Source: an uncultured Verrucomicrobiae bacterium
GTDB taxonomy: Bacteria > Verrucomicrobiota > Verrucomicrobiia > Chthoniobacterales > JAFAMB01
DNA: 64,000 bases
NCBI GenBank assembly: GCA_963837955.1
Contig: CAWIPH010000002.1
Span: 3,936,001 to 4,000,000, forward strand
Direction: 5' to 3'
Below the pieces are notes generated by a model. That model was not told the origin of the DNA. It saw nothing but the letters and a program-made list of their open reading frames with translations, and did not search any database. Shown piece by piece: positions 37,338-47,291 of the stretch (positions within the stretch are counted from its first letter, which is position 1; each line of letters opens with the position of its first letter). The position numbers were made by a program, and so were the translations under genes.

Positions 37338-38255
37338 CTAGGGCCGCTTCAGACGATCGACAAAACGAGCGAGCCCTCTTTCGACGGTATCCCAGACCCG
37401 CTCTACTGCTATGCTACCCGTCGTATTGTCTTCACTAGCAATCACAGTGACGTGCTCTCCGAGTGGACGCCAAATCACGGGATCGGTGGGTCCGAATAGC
37501 GCAACGGTCGGGATCGTGAGTGCAGCCGCCAGATGAGTTAACCCTGTATCGTGCCCGATGAAAAAATCAGCAGCAGCAAGTTCATGTGTCAGATCAAGAA
37601 TCGGCAAGTGTGATCGGACCTTCAATTTCGGGCTTTGATATTGCCGGAGAAATTCGGTAGTCGGCACCGCATCCGCTTCTCCTGATACGAGCATCAGTTC
37701 ATCGAACCGCTCTTCCAATCTTTTCACAAGTGCACTCCAGCAAGCTACTGACCAGTTTTTGGCCGGTGAGCCACTGCCAACGTGAAAAATCAACCGTGTC
37801 CGTGGTAGGCGCTGCCGTTCGAGAAAAAGACGCGGCACTGGATCAACGTTCTCCAGTCCAAGCACGCTTAACGGTTGAGCAAGTTGGACCGTCGCTGGCA
37901 ATCGTTGCTCGTCTAGCCGAAACGGTCCCGAAATAAACCGGCATCCGCAACTTTCGATCTTTGCTTGAACTGTTCGTCCGGGATCAAACAAATAGCAGAT
38001 CACGCAATCGATCCGGTTTAATTTCTTCCAGAGCGCTTCGCTCAAGCCACTGCCATTGCTGAACAACGGAAGGAACGCGGCTGAGTTAAGATCGTCGACC
38101 GAGTGCGCACCGCCATATCGCGCCAGTAAACCTGCCGGGAATGGGGCAACAAAGTCGACAAGGGCGGACGCTTCGCTTTCCCGCAAAGCTCGCAACACCG
38201 GGAGCGTCAAGAGAACGTCCCCTAATGCCCCTCCGCGGAAGACAAGGAATCGCAA
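37338..38255 (-). CDS. Glycosyltransferase family 9 (heptosyltransferase-like)
   Basis: GALGDVLLTLP, HVGSGSPAKNW, FIGHDTGLTHLAAAL and LFGPT motifs. Confidence 0.9.
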   Translation of the reverse strand: MRFLVFRGGALGDVLLTLPVLRALRESEASALVDFVAPFPAGLLARYGGAHSVDDLNSAAFLPLFSNGSGLSEALWKKLNRIDCVICYLFDPGRTVQAKIESCGCRFISGPFRLDEQRLPATVQLAQPLSVLGLENVDPVPRLFLERQRLPRTRLIFHVGSGSPAKNWSVACWSALVKRLEERFDELMLVSGEADAVPTTEFLRQYQSPKLKVRSHLPILDLTHELAAADFFIGHDTGLTHLAAALTIPTVALFGPTDPVIWRPLGEHVTVIASEDNTTGSIAVERVWDTVERGLARFVDRLKRP

Positions 38256-38265
38256 GTGCGATCAA

Positions 38266-38481
38266 CTAGTAGCCAGGCCCGCCCCCACCCGGTCCACCGC
38301 CGATCCCAGGCATCGATCCAAGCGCCCCGGCGTTCTCCCATCGCTCGGGTTTATTCCAAGGAATCGTGCTCTGCTCCTGACCAAATTGCGGTTTCTGGGT
38401 CGACTTATCTGCGGTCGCCTGGTCCGATTGGCAGCCTGCTAAAAAAGTCAGTAAAAATAAGCCAAACAAATAAACTTTCAT
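38266..38481 (-). CDS. Small lipoprotein
   Basis: Lipobox LAGC after a hydrophobic signal; IPWNKPERWE motif. Confidence 0.7.
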   Translation of the reverse strand: MKVYLFGLFLLTFLAGCQSDQATADKSTQKPQFGQEQSTIPWNKPERWENAGALGSMPGIGGGPGGGGPGY

Positions 38482-39185
38482 CGCGTAAAAACCACCGGAT
38501 CCCCTATTGATACACGCGCAAAATTCTCCGGTCCATTAGATAAAAATTCTGCGGTACAGCTATTCTTTTCGACCGAGACGACGCGGAGCTGACTAATAGT
38601 TTCTCCGTTTTTCTCGACCTTGAGGTGAGCTTTAGTCGACACTCCGACATCACTCCCCAGGCTGACCGTCAGCGCCTGGGCCTCCCGATTCATGGAAAGA
38701 ATGGTACCGCGCAAAACAGGCGGCGTTTTATTCTTTTCCTTGTCGGCGGCGGCCAGCCGTAACTGGTTCAGCTCATCTTCTACGTTGATCAGCCGGTTGG
38801 CGAGCATTTGGCGATCATCCTCCGCCCGCTTTTTCTGGTCCAGATTGCGGTTGGCGTCGGCTATGGCCGAAGTAAGGCCTTTGATCTCATTCTCGCGCTG
38901 GTTTAGCTGTTCCGTGAGCTGATCCACCTTGGCCTTTGTGGCACCAAGCTCTGCGTTCAAGCTGTCACGCTCCTGCTGAGCGATACGTTCCTGGCTTCCG
39001 ATTCGTTCCTCTGCCTGTTGCAGTTTTTGCTGGAGATCGTCGGCCTGAGTTTGCAGCTTATTGGCCCGCTCCTTCTCCACCGAGAGATCGGCTGTCATTT
39101 TGGTCACTTTTTCTCGATTAAAAAAGCCCAGCCCAGCCGCGCCAATAGCGCAGGTCATCGCGACAGTTAACAGAAAACGAACCAT
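38478..39185 (-). CDS. Membrane-anchored coiled-coil protein
   Basis: N-terminal TM, long coiled coil and a C-terminal beta domain. Confidence 0.7.
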   Translation of the reverse strand: MVRFLLTVAMTCAIGAAGLGFFNREKVTKMTADLSVEKERANKLQTQADDLQQKLQQAEERIGSQERIAQQERDSLNAELGATKAKVDQLTEQLNQRENEIKGLTSAIADANRNLDQKKRAEDDRQMLANRLINVEDELNQLRLAAADKEKNKTPPVLRGTILSMNREAQALTVSLGSDVGVSTKAHLKVEKNGETISQLRVVSVEKNSCTAEFLSNGPENFARVSIGDPVVFTR

Positions 39186-39282
39186 TATCAGAAACTTGTG
39201 GCCACTAATCGCGGCATCGACAAGCGAAGTAGGCTCATTAACGGCCGATGCCTGTGAAAATCAAGTGGCAAGAAACGGTCAC

Positions 39283-39845
39283 GGAGGGGAGCCGCTTGCA
39301 CGGCTCCCGGGAACGGCCCACGATAGAGCAACCTCTTCGACCCTTTGCTCGATTCCTCGATGCACGCTGGATTATTCTCGGGCGTCGCGAGCGACGCCCC
39401 TCCGATCCATGGGTACTCGGCGCTTTCCGATTTAGCGGTAATCAGTAAACACCGATAAGCGCGGTCATCCCCTGGATCCCGATTTTTGCCTGTCCTCTTT
39501 GAGCCACACAAAATGCATTGCCTCGATCCACCTTTTGGTCGAGGGATATGGCTCCGTCAGGGGCTATGGATCGCAGACTCACGAACCCCGCCAGGGCAGG
39601 AATGCAGCAACGGTAGTATGCTTTGCGTTGCCGTAGTTCTCTGACGGCTCTCAAAACAGTGCCCCTGACTACGGAGGGGAGCTGCTTAATCGCCAACCGC
39701 CGAGTCACCCATGGCTGCGGAGGGGCGTCGCTTGCGACGCCCGAGAATAATCCAGCACCCGCCGAGGAATCGAGCAACGGGTGGAAGAGGCTTTATCATG
39801 GGCCGTTCCCGGGCGTCGCAAGCGACGCCCCTCCGATCCATGGGT
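39283..39845. repeat. Cluster of REP-like elements, family D (GGAGGGGCGTCGCTTGCGACGCCC)
   Basis: Copies near 39283, 39375 (reverse), 39719 and 39810 (reverse), arranged as inverted doublets. Confidence 0.75.
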
Positions 39846-39858
39846 GGCTAACGACGAC

Positions 39859-40569
39859 TCACCAGTGGTACTCATCCGGTTTTCCGTTTCGGTCGAGAAA
39901 ATGGCCGCTCAGTTCCGGGCCAATCGCTCCGATCGCGTGAACCAAGGAATCTGCAGATTCCTCCGGCGACAGCTCGGCATCCTGGCCTCCCATGTCGGTT
40001 CGGACCCAACCTGGTGAGATCGCTACGGTTGTAATCCCCTCGGGCAGAAGCTCAAAAGCGATCGAGCGCGTTAACATGTTCAGGGCCGCCTTAGAAGTAG
40101 CGTAGGCATAGTAGCTCGCGTCGTCCTTGCCTGAGATCGAACCCAAACCCGAAGAGACATTTAGAATGCGCGGGCGATTGCCTCGGCGGAGCGAGGCAAG
40201 AAAAGCGCGAATGACCCGTACGCATCCGAGCACGTTCGTTTCAAACGCGGCTCGGAAATGTTCCAGTGGCAAATCAGCAATCGATTCATGGCCTTGCTCC
40301 GGCATCAAGCCAGCGTTGTTCACAATGACATCCAGTCGGTCCCGAGTCTCTCGAACCTTGGCTGCCGCGGCGCAGACCTGTTCATCCGAAGTTACGTCCA
40401 GAGCTACGACATCGATTTGGCCTGAACGAGTAGTGGCCAGCTGTTGCAAACGCTCCGCTGCAGCAGGATGGCGGCAACCCGCGACCACTGCGTACCCGCT
40501 TCGCAGAAGCGCGTCGGCCAAAGCGAGGCCGATACCGCGGTTTGCACCCGTAATCAGTACAGTTTCCAT
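39859..40569 (-). CDS. Short-chain dehydrogenase/reductase (C-factor-like)
   Basis: TGANRGIG, NNAG, YATSK and PGWVRTDMGG motifs. Confidence 0.92.
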   Translation of the reverse strand: METVLITGANRGIGLALADALLRSGYAVVAGCRHPAAAERLQQLATTRSGQIDVVALDVTSDEQVCAAAAKVRETRDRLDVIVNNAGLMPEQGHESIADLPLEHFRAAFETNVLGCVRVIRAFLASLRRGNRPRILNVSSGLGSISGKDDASYYAYATSKAALNMLTRSIAFELLPEGITTVAISPGWVRTDMGGQDAELSPEESADSLVHAIGAIGPELSGHFLDRNGKPDEYHW

Positions 40570-40698
40570 TCGCTTCTTTGTTCTGCGTTCGAGGTTCTTC
40601 CAAGGAGAAATTCGAATACCGTGCCATTTTGCCCATTCGTACCGCGTTTTTCCGGTTCAAAGTTGAATTTTTGGTCCCGGTTCGCTTACCTAAGAGCT

Positions 40699-42972
40699 CT
40701 GGATACCGATTTAACCATCCTTTCTGGTCTGCCCTCGCGACGCGAGCCCCTCCGAAAACCGATCATGGTTATCGGCCGGGCGGCGGAAGCAGATATCATT
40801 TTAAATCATCCGGAGATATCCCGCCGTCATTGCCAACTGAGTCTGGAAACCAATTCGTGGGCAATTGAAGATCTCGGCAGCCAGCGTGGAACCATGGTCA
40901 ACAATGTCCGAATTTCCGCTAAGACTCCGTTGAAATTGGGAGATCAAATCGTTCTTGGACCGGTCACTTTAGGATTTGGCCAGAGCATCGGGCCTGATCC
41001 AAACGCCAGCGAGCCGCTCGGGATCCCAGGGACGATCATTTTCCGGAAACGAGTGGTCCAGAACGTGCCGCTTTTGGATCGACTGGTCTTCGGTCGTAGT
41101 CCGGAGGTCGATGTGCAGCTTAATGATCCGATTGTATCTCGTCGCCATGCCGAAATTGAAGAAGGCTCCAATGGATTCCGGGTGGTAGACCTGCACAGCC
41201 GGGCTGGCTCATTCGTAAACGGGCGCCGGTTTGACGAGCATCAACTAGTCATCGGTGACCAGCTGCAGCTGGGTCCATTTTACTTCGTTTTCAGCGGAAA
41301 TGAGCTCCAGCGCATCCAGAGAGTGTCAGCCGGGAAGATGGTCGCGGCGAACCTCAACCGCAAAGCGGGTTCTATTTTAATTTTGCAAGATGCTTCTTTG
41401 GTCGTTGAGCCAGGCCAATTCATCGGGATCCTAGGTCCTAGCGGCTCGGGGAAATCGACATTGCTCAATGCCTTAAGTGGATTGCGGCCGGCAGACACGG
41501 GTCGGGTTCTGGTCGATGACACTGATTTCTATTCGAACCTCAACCAGCTTCGGCAGCTTTTCGGATACGTTCCGCAAGACGACATCGTACATGGCGAACT
41601 GACGGTAAGGGAGGCGCTCACTTTCAGTGCGAGACTGCGTCTGCCAGCTGGCACCCCGCGCCGCGAAATCGAAACGCTGGTGAAGCAGATGACGAATAAT
41701 CTCGGGCTCGCGGAGCGGGAGAACCTGCGAATCGCGCTTTTATCCGGCGGGCAACGCAAGAGAGTCAGTGTTGGCGTTGAGTTGCTCCGGCGTCCTCCTC
41801 TCATCTTCTTGGATGAACCAACCTCCGGACTAGACCCGTTTGCGGAGTTCAAGCTGATGGAGTTGCTTCGCCGGCTCGCCGACACAGGTTGCACGGTAAT
41901 CTGCACCACGCACGTCATGGAGAACGTTTACTTGATGGACCAGATTGCGGTGCTCAGCGCCGGCCGAGTCGTCTTTCAGGGGCCCCCGGAGAGCGCACGC
42001 ACCCGCTTCGGCGTCGCGCGATTAAGTGGCTTGTACGATGCTTTGCAAACGATCGATCCTCAACTTTTGCGAAGCGTGCCCCCACCCGCTTTACCGGATC
42101 GCTTGGAAGCCCCTGAAAAGAAAATTCCGGTAGCGAAAACAAAGCAAGCGTTCGCGCTGCCGATCTTGTTGCACCGCCAATTCACCATCTTTCGCTCTGA
42201 TCTGAAGAACTTGCTTATCGCGATCGGGCAACCCTTGATCATTGGGATTCTTGTCTGCTGGGTGAGTTCCAACCCGCCGTTGGCTCAGTTCTTCGCCTAT
42301 ATAGCGACCCTTTGGTTCGGGTGCAGCAATGCGGCGCAAGAGATCGTGAGAGAGGTTCCGATTTACCGCCGAGAGCGACTGGTCGGCTTGAGCCGGTGGG
42401 GTTATCTCCTGAGCAAATTTCTTTGGATGGGCACGCTGACGAATATCCAAAGCCTGATTCTTTATGCGTGCATCGTTATGGCCGGACGTACGTGGCCGCC
42501 AGCCATCGGATGGCAACTCCTTGGTCTTTTCCTTCTCGGGTATGCGGCCACCGGTATCGGTCTAGCTATTTCCTCGCTGGCGCGCTCCGCGCTGCAAGCG
42601 GTGATGTTGGTACCTCTGGTCTTAATTCCGCAGATCCTGTTTTCCGGATATTCGGTTCGGACTGTGGATATGGGCCCGCCGGTTCTCCTCGTTAGTCAGA
42701 TCATGCCCAGTTTTGCGGCCCAAAGGATCGGCGACGCGAGTTCATTGCTCGGTCGAACGATCGATGGCGATCTGATTAAGGATGACAATTATTATGTCTC
42801 TTACACGAACATGAACCAATGGCATCGAAGTGCCGAAGGGAAGCGCTTAGGCACCGGGGATAAGTTGTTGAACCCGCGTCCGATCTTCGTCGGCTATCTT
42901 TCGCTGATCCTCTGGACAATAGCAGGGTTCTTCGCCTCCTACTTTGCGCTCGCGCGCAAGGAACGAGATTAG
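40699..42972 (+). CDS. Dual-FHA ABC transporter (ATPase + ABC-2 permease; Rv1747-like architecture)
   Basis: Two FHA motifs (GR...SRRH), GPSGSGKST, LSGGQRKR and DEPTSGLD, then TM helices. Start uncertain (CTG 40699 or ATG 40765). Confidence 0.88.
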   Translation: MDTDLTILSGLPSRREPLRKPIMVIGRAAEADIILNHPEISRRHCQLSLETNSWAIEDLGSQRGTMVNNVRISAKTPLKLGDQIVLGPVTLGFGQSIGPDPNASEPLGIPGTIIFRKRVVQNVPLLDRLVFGRSPEVDVQLNDPIVSRRHAEIEEGSNGFRVVDLHSRAGSFVNGRRFDEHQLVIGDQLQLGPFYFVFSGNELQRIQRVSAGKMVAANLNRKAGSILILQDASLVVEPGQFIGILGPSGSGKSTLLNALSGLRPADTGRVLVDDTDFYSNLNQLRQLFGYVPQDDIVHGELTVREALTFSARLRLPAGTPRREIETLVKQMTNNLGLAERENLRIALLSGGQRKRVSVGVELLRRPPLIFLDEPTSGLDPFAEFKLMELLRRLADTGCTVICTTHVMENVYLMDQIAVLSAGRVVFQGPPESARTRFGVARLSGLYDALQTIDPQLLRSVPPPALPDRLEAPEKKIPVAKTKQAFALPILLHRQFTIFRSDLKNLLIAIGQPLIIGILVCWVSSNPPLAQFFAYIATLWFGCSNAAQEIVREVPIYRRERLVGLSRWGYLLSKFLWMGTLTNIQSLILYACIVMAGRTWPPAIGWQLLGLFLLGYAATGIGLAISSLARSALQAVMLVPLVLIPQILFSGYSVRTVDMGPPVLLVSQIMPSFAAQRIGDASSLLGRTIDGDLIKDDNYYVSYTNMNQWHRSAEGKRLGTGDKLLNPRPIFVGYLSLILWTIAGFFASYFALARKERD

Positions 42973-43026
42973 CAACGAACGTCAGCGAACGTCAACGAAC
43001 GCTGGTGTTCACTGACGTTCGCTGCT
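42971..43026. terminator. Hairpin between convergent genes (possible bidirectional terminator)
   Basis: CAGCGAACGTCA ... TGACGTTCGCTG inverted repeat built from 10-bp tandem units. Confidence 0.4.
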
Positions 43027-43940
43027 CACCCCAGCCCTTCCAGGCCGTATACGCGAACCAACTGACTTTTTCCTTTCAGCTGGAATTCGCCGAAGTCGGT
43101 CAGATTTCTTCCCTCCGGTAAGACCGTGGTAAAATCCTGCGACATTATCAAATTCTGGTTGAGCAATTTCATAACGCTCTCAAGGCGAAAAGCGGTGTTT
43201 ACTGCGTCACCAATGATGGTGGCGTCACGGACAGCGACCTGCCCGATATTGCTACTGGTTACTCGCCCAAAATGAAGAGCGATTCCGACACGAAATACTT
43301 GGTCGGGCTCTCCCCAGGTTCTGTTCGCGGCGAGTTGCAGAATTGCCAATGCAGAGTCAAGACAAATCGCCGACTCCGTTCCTTCTTGGTCGCGAGCCGG
43401 CCAATAAGCCAGGACAGCGTCTCCAATATATTTGTCAATGATCCCGCCAGCAGATTGCACGACGTTTCCGGTATCGCGGAACCAATTCCCGAGCAGCTGG
43501 GCAATTCTTTGTTCGCCGAGTTTTTCGGCCATTGGGGTAAACCCCCGAATATCACAAACCAAAATGGCGACCGAAAGTACGGCATGACTTCCGTCGTTGC
43601 TTAGCGCTGCCAACGTCGCGTCAACGTGCTCCCCTTCCTCCTCCCCCGTATCCTGATCAAACACGAGTTCGTAATCTGCAATCCGAATTCTAGAACCGGT
43701 CTCCAGAGTGACCGGCATGATGACTCGCTGGTCGTTTACGAACGTCCCATTCCGACTTCCCAGATCCATAATCTGGTACTGGTAAGCATTGTGGCAACGA
43801 ACAATGGCGTGCTGGCGGGAAACATGATTTCCAGGCAACGGTACCGTATTATCTACCGTACGACCGAGCGTAGCGGTGTTGGCTATCGTCTTATCGAATG
43901 GCTCACCGAATGGCGGATAAACACGGAGCTTGGCCGACAT
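43026..43940 (-). CDS. FHA-domain class III adenylate/guanylate cyclase
   Basis: FHA (LGR..VSRQH..SRNGT), then CDIRGFT, DKYIGDAV and GDAVNTAFRLE. Confidence 0.92.
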   Translation of the reverse strand: MSAKLRVYPPFGEPFDKTIANTATLGRTVDNTVPLPGNHVSRQHAIVRCHNAYQYQIMDLGSRNGTFVNDQRVIMPVTLETGSRIRIADYELVFDQDTGEEEGEHVDATLAALSNDGSHAVLSVAILVCDIRGFTPMAEKLGEQRIAQLLGNWFRDTGNVVQSAGGIIDKYIGDAVLAYWPARDQEGTESAICLDSALAILQLAANRTWGEPDQVFRVGIALHFGRVTSSNIGQVAVRDATIIGDAVNTAFRLESVMKLLNQNLIMSQDFTTVLPEGRNLTDFGEFQLKGKSQLVRVYGLEGLG

Positions 43941-44043
43941 CGTCGTGGATACTCCAGTTGTTAAGATGGCATGAGCGATAAAGGTTGGCTAGTCTCCTCT
44001 AGGGCGCCAAAGCTCAGGCTTAGCAATTGCCCAACCGGCATGG

Positions 44044-44208
44044 TTAGTGGAGCAAACTGTTTGAGAATGAATTGCTGGCCCAATGAGAAAGGAAAGTCAT
44101 CAAAAGCAAGAATAGTCCAACCAGAACCGCAGCCATCCCAAGACCGGCAAGTCCAATTTTTAAATCTCTTTGGGAAAATTTTTCCGGTGAGTGTTCCGAA
44201 TTCTTCAT
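44044..44208 (-). CDS. Small single-TM hypothetical protein
   Basis: 54-aa ORF with one hydrophobic helix. Confidence 0.35.
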   Translation of the reverse strand: MKNSEHSPEKFSQRDLKIGLAGLGMAAVLVGLFLLLMTFLSHWASNSFSNSLLH

Positions 44209-44339
44209 CGTCAGTCGCTTGAATTCCAGCAAGACCCCTATTTTGGCGCCCGAGTGGAAAGCCAAGGCTGCGTCAATTGGCGATAAGATTCAAGGGCCGA
44301 TGTGCGTTTCTCTCCTACTAAAAAACTATTGAGCCAGGG

Positions 44340-44367
44340 TTGACGGATCGAGAATCTCATTTAGTAT
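44340..44367 (+). promoter_or_regulatory. Putative sigma70 promoter for the riboswitch leader
   Basis: TTGACG-N16-TAGTAT ending 7 nt before riboswitch P1. Confidence 0.5.
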
Positions 44368-44374
44368 CAGCCAA

Positions 44375-44488
44375 TTCCATCAAGAGTGGCGGAGGGACTG
44401 GCCCTACGATGCCACGGCAACCGGTCCGGCGAAAGCTGGACGACCAGGTGCCAATTCCAGGTCCGGAAAAAGCCGGATAGAGATGGAG
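44375..44488 (+). promoter_or_regulatory. SAM-I (S-box) riboswitch
   Basis: ATCAAGAG..GGAGGGACTGGCCC..GATGCC..GGCAACC..GGTGCCAATTCC..GAT consensus, with P1 TTCCATC/GATGGAG. Confidence 0.92.
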
Positions 44489-44551
44489 AGAGCGTGTTAG
44501 AACAGTCGAACTCGCGACTCTTGGTGGGAAGTAAGCAAATATTTCCTTATC

Positions 44552-45805
44552 ATGCATCAGTCACCGTTTTTCTCGCACCTGCAATGTCGTGAATGTGGTC
44601 GCCAGTACGCCAAGGATGCTATCCACGTGTGCGAATTCGATTTTGGGCCGCTGGAAGCAGCCTATGATTACGACGCGATCGTTAAATACATTTCCCGCGA
44701 CCGAATCAGCGCCCGGCCCCGATCGATGTGGCGCTACCGTGAATTGCTCCCCATCGAAGCGGAGCCGACGGTCGGTCAGCACACGGGGTTCACGCCTCTC
44801 ATTCGGGCGCAGCGGCTGGCCAAGCACCTTGGGGTGAGTGAACTGTACATAAAGAACGATGCTGTTAATTACCCGACCTTGTCCTTTAAGGATCGGGTCG
44901 TCTCTGTCGCCCTAAGCCGAGCGAAAGAGCTGGGTATCCAGACGGTGGCGTGTGCTTCCACAGGCAATCTGGCGAACTCGGTGGCAGCCAACGCGGCCGC
45001 GGCCGGGCTGCGCAGTTTCGTGTTGATACCCGCCGATTTGGAACGCAGCAAAATCTTAAATTCTTTGGTTTTCGGAACTAATGTCGTGGCCATCGAAGGA
45101 TCTTATGACCAGGTCAATCGACTTTGTTCCGAAATCGCCGGTAACTACGGCTGGGGCTTTGTAAACGTTAATTTGCGGCCTTATTACGCGGAAGGCTCGA
45201 AAACGCTAGGCTTTGAGATCGCCGAACAACTCGGCTGGCGTCTGCCGCGCCACACCGTCATTCCAATGGCGAGCGGCTCCCTCCTGACCAAGGTCCATAA
45301 GGCATATCGGGAGTTCACCAAAGTCGGACTAGTCGACTCGGCGGACTTCAGCATCTACGGTGCTCAAGCCACCGGATGCTCACCGATCAGCACGGCGATT
45401 AAGAACAACACCGACACCGTTCGGCCTGTGCCCAAACCGCAAACTATCGCTAAATCGCTTTCCATTGGCACGCCCGCCGATGGGTACTACGCCATCCGAA
45501 CGATGCAGGAGACCGGCGGCACCGCGGAAGATAGTACCGACGCAGAAATTGTGGACGCGATCCGTTTGCTCGCGGAAACCGAGGGGATCTTCGCGGAAAC
45601 TGCCGGAGGTGTGACGCTGGCTTGCGCTAAAAAGTTGATCGAAAGCGGTCGAATTCCGCGCAACGAAAGCATCGTCCTTTGCATCACAGGCCATGGATTG
45701 AAAACGCAGGAAGCAATCGCCGAAGAGGTTGGTCAAGCAGCCGTAATTCGTCCCTCGATCAAGGAATTTGAAGCACTTTTGGACCAACCCGTTACAACCA
45801 AATAA
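44552..45805 (+). CDS. thrC: Threonine synthase-like PLP enzyme (probably sulfur-carrier-dependent homocysteine/cysteine synthase)
   Basis: N-terminal CxxC, PTLSFKDR PLP lysine, CASTGN and EGSKT motifs. Confidence 0.85.
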   Translation: MHQSPFFSHLQCRECGRQYAKDAIHVCEFDFGPLEAAYDYDAIVKYISRDRISARPRSMWRYRELLPIEAEPTVGQHTGFTPLIRAQRLAKHLGVSELYIKNDAVNYPTLSFKDRVVSVALSRAKELGIQTVACASTGNLANSVAANAAAAGLRSFVLIPADLERSKILNSLVFGTNVVAIEGSYDQVNRLCSEIAGNYGWGFVNVNLRPYYAEGSKTLGFEIAEQLGWRLPRHTVIPMASGSLLTKVHKAYREFTKVGLVDSADFSIYGAQATGCSPISTAIKNNTDTVRPVPKPQTIAKSLSIGTPADGYYAIRTMQETGGTAEDSTDAEIVDAIRLLAETEGIFAETAGGVTLACAKKLIESGRIPRNESIVLCITGHGLKTQEAIAEEVGQAAVIRPSIKEFEALLDQPVTTK

Positions 45806-45810
45806 TTTTT

Positions 45811-46086
45811 ATGTCAGTACCAGTCCGTATCCCGACTCCACTCCGCAAATTGACCCAGAACCAGGAAATTGTTCAGGTTGAAGGCATCACTATCAGGGAT
45901 GTTATCAACAATCTGGAGCATAGTTACCCAGGCCTCAAAGAACGTATTTGCGACGACCAAAACAATATTCGCCGTTTCGTGAATGTATTCGTGAACGACG
46001 AAGATATTCGGTTTCTGCAAGATGCCGAGACGACCATAAAGCCAGGAGATGAGGTGAGCATCGTTCCGGCCATCGCCGGTGGCTAG
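45811..46086 (+). CDS. MoaD/ThiS-family ubiquitin-like sulfur carrier
   Basis: VRIPTPLR, RFVNVFVNDEDIR and C-terminal PAIAGG. Confidence 0.92.
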   Translation: MSVPVRIPTPLRKLTQNQEIVQVEGITIRDVINNLEHSYPGLKERICDDQNNIRRFVNVFVNDEDIRFLQDAETTIKPGDEVSIVPAIAGG

Positions 46087-46279
46087 ACCTTGTTCTTTCC
46101 TGGAAATTCTCGTCTCTTGCTTCCGCCGACCCGCCAGGCTGGCTATGGCGGACAGACGAGGTCGTTGGACTTTCGGGGGTCACCGAGAATGAGAGTGGCT
46201 AAGGCTCTTTGTCATTTGCTATGCTATTCGGTGTGGACGAACGGCAATTGACTATCTCTCTCGATGAGATCTTAACTTG

Positions 46280-47245
46280 ATGAAGAGGATCTATCTTCCT
46301 GTACTAGCAATAGCCCTCTTTCATCAGGCTCTCCTCTCGATCGCCAGCGCTCAAAAAAACACCGCATCGCTTGTTCGCGCCGGAAACTTTTTATTCGCTC
46401 CCGTTTCGATCAATAACGGTGCACCGACTTGGTGGCTGTTGGATACCGGCGCGTCGTCGTCAGAAATCGACGTTGATGCGGCAAAATCGCTGCACCTGTT
46501 GCGCGATTCGACTAAGGCTCGGGAATTAGCCGAAGACCCAGGTTCGGCGGAACAGACAACCATCTCGGTGGACAGTCTTGAAGTTGGAAGTTTTTCTACC
46601 GGTGAAGCGAGATTACTCGCCAGGACGTTGACTGAGTTGAACCGCGGCTCGCTGCCGGTGGGCTGGTCCGGCGAATTCAACCGCAATGGGATGATCGGCA
46701 TGGATCTCTTATTGCGCCAAAACGCGATTGTCGATTGGTCAATGCAGCAAATCATTTTGGCACCGACCAACATCCCAGGCAGGACGCGAGCAACGTACGA
46801 ACGCGAAGGGTTCACCTATATTCCTTTGTCCGTCACCCCAGAAAATCATCTGGAAGTTATCGGAAGGCTCGGCAATTCCGAATACCGCTTTTACATCGAC
46901 ACAGGAAATCCGAAGACGCTCTTAAAACAATCTGTGGTTGAAGCGGAAAAGCTGCCATCCGAAGTGACCCAAGCTGAAGTTCGCAGTCCTCTCCATGATT
47001 TTGCCAACGCCAGGGTTAGCTCTGTAACCGCAAATGGCCTGCGACTTGGTGGTTTTGATTTAGGGGGACAGAAAGTCCATAGCGCCAGTTTCAACTTGTC
47101 AGATTCGGAGGGTGGGCCGTCCTGGGCCGGACTGATTGGAGCCGACATTCTCTGGTCATACGACGCCGTTCTTGACGTCGGGAAGAGAGCGCTTTACCTG
47201 CGCGCTAAACCTTCGGTCAGGAACGACTTTCCTACAGTCCATTAG
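46280..47245 (+). CDS. Secreted retropepsin-like aspartyl protease (two domains)
   Basis: Signal peptide; LLDTGA and IDTGN catalytic motifs, each followed by a GxIG motif. Confidence 0.8.
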   Translation: MKRIYLPVLAIALFHQALLSIASAQKNTASLVRAGNFLFAPVSINNGAPTWWLLDTGASSSEIDVDAAKSLHLLRDSTKARELAEDPGSAEQTTISVDSLEVGSFSTGEARLLARTLTELNRGSLPVGWSGEFNRNGMIGMDLLLRQNAIVDWSMQQIILAPTNIPGRTRATYEREGFTYIPLSVTPENHLEVIGRLGNSEYRFYIDTGNPKTLLKQSVVEAEKLPSEVTQAEVRSPLHDFANARVSSVTANGLRLGGFDLGGQKVHSASFNLSDSEGGPSWAGLIGADILWSYDAVLDVGKRALYLRAKPSVRNDFPTVH

Positions 47246-47291
47246 ATTTTGTCCTGGTTTCGAGGACAAAGAATGACGAAGAGGGCCAATC

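Noticed and set aside
40444..40698. N-terminal extension of the FHA-ABC ORF
   Set aside because: Overlaps the divergent SDR gene; FHA-like sequence only begins near 40699.
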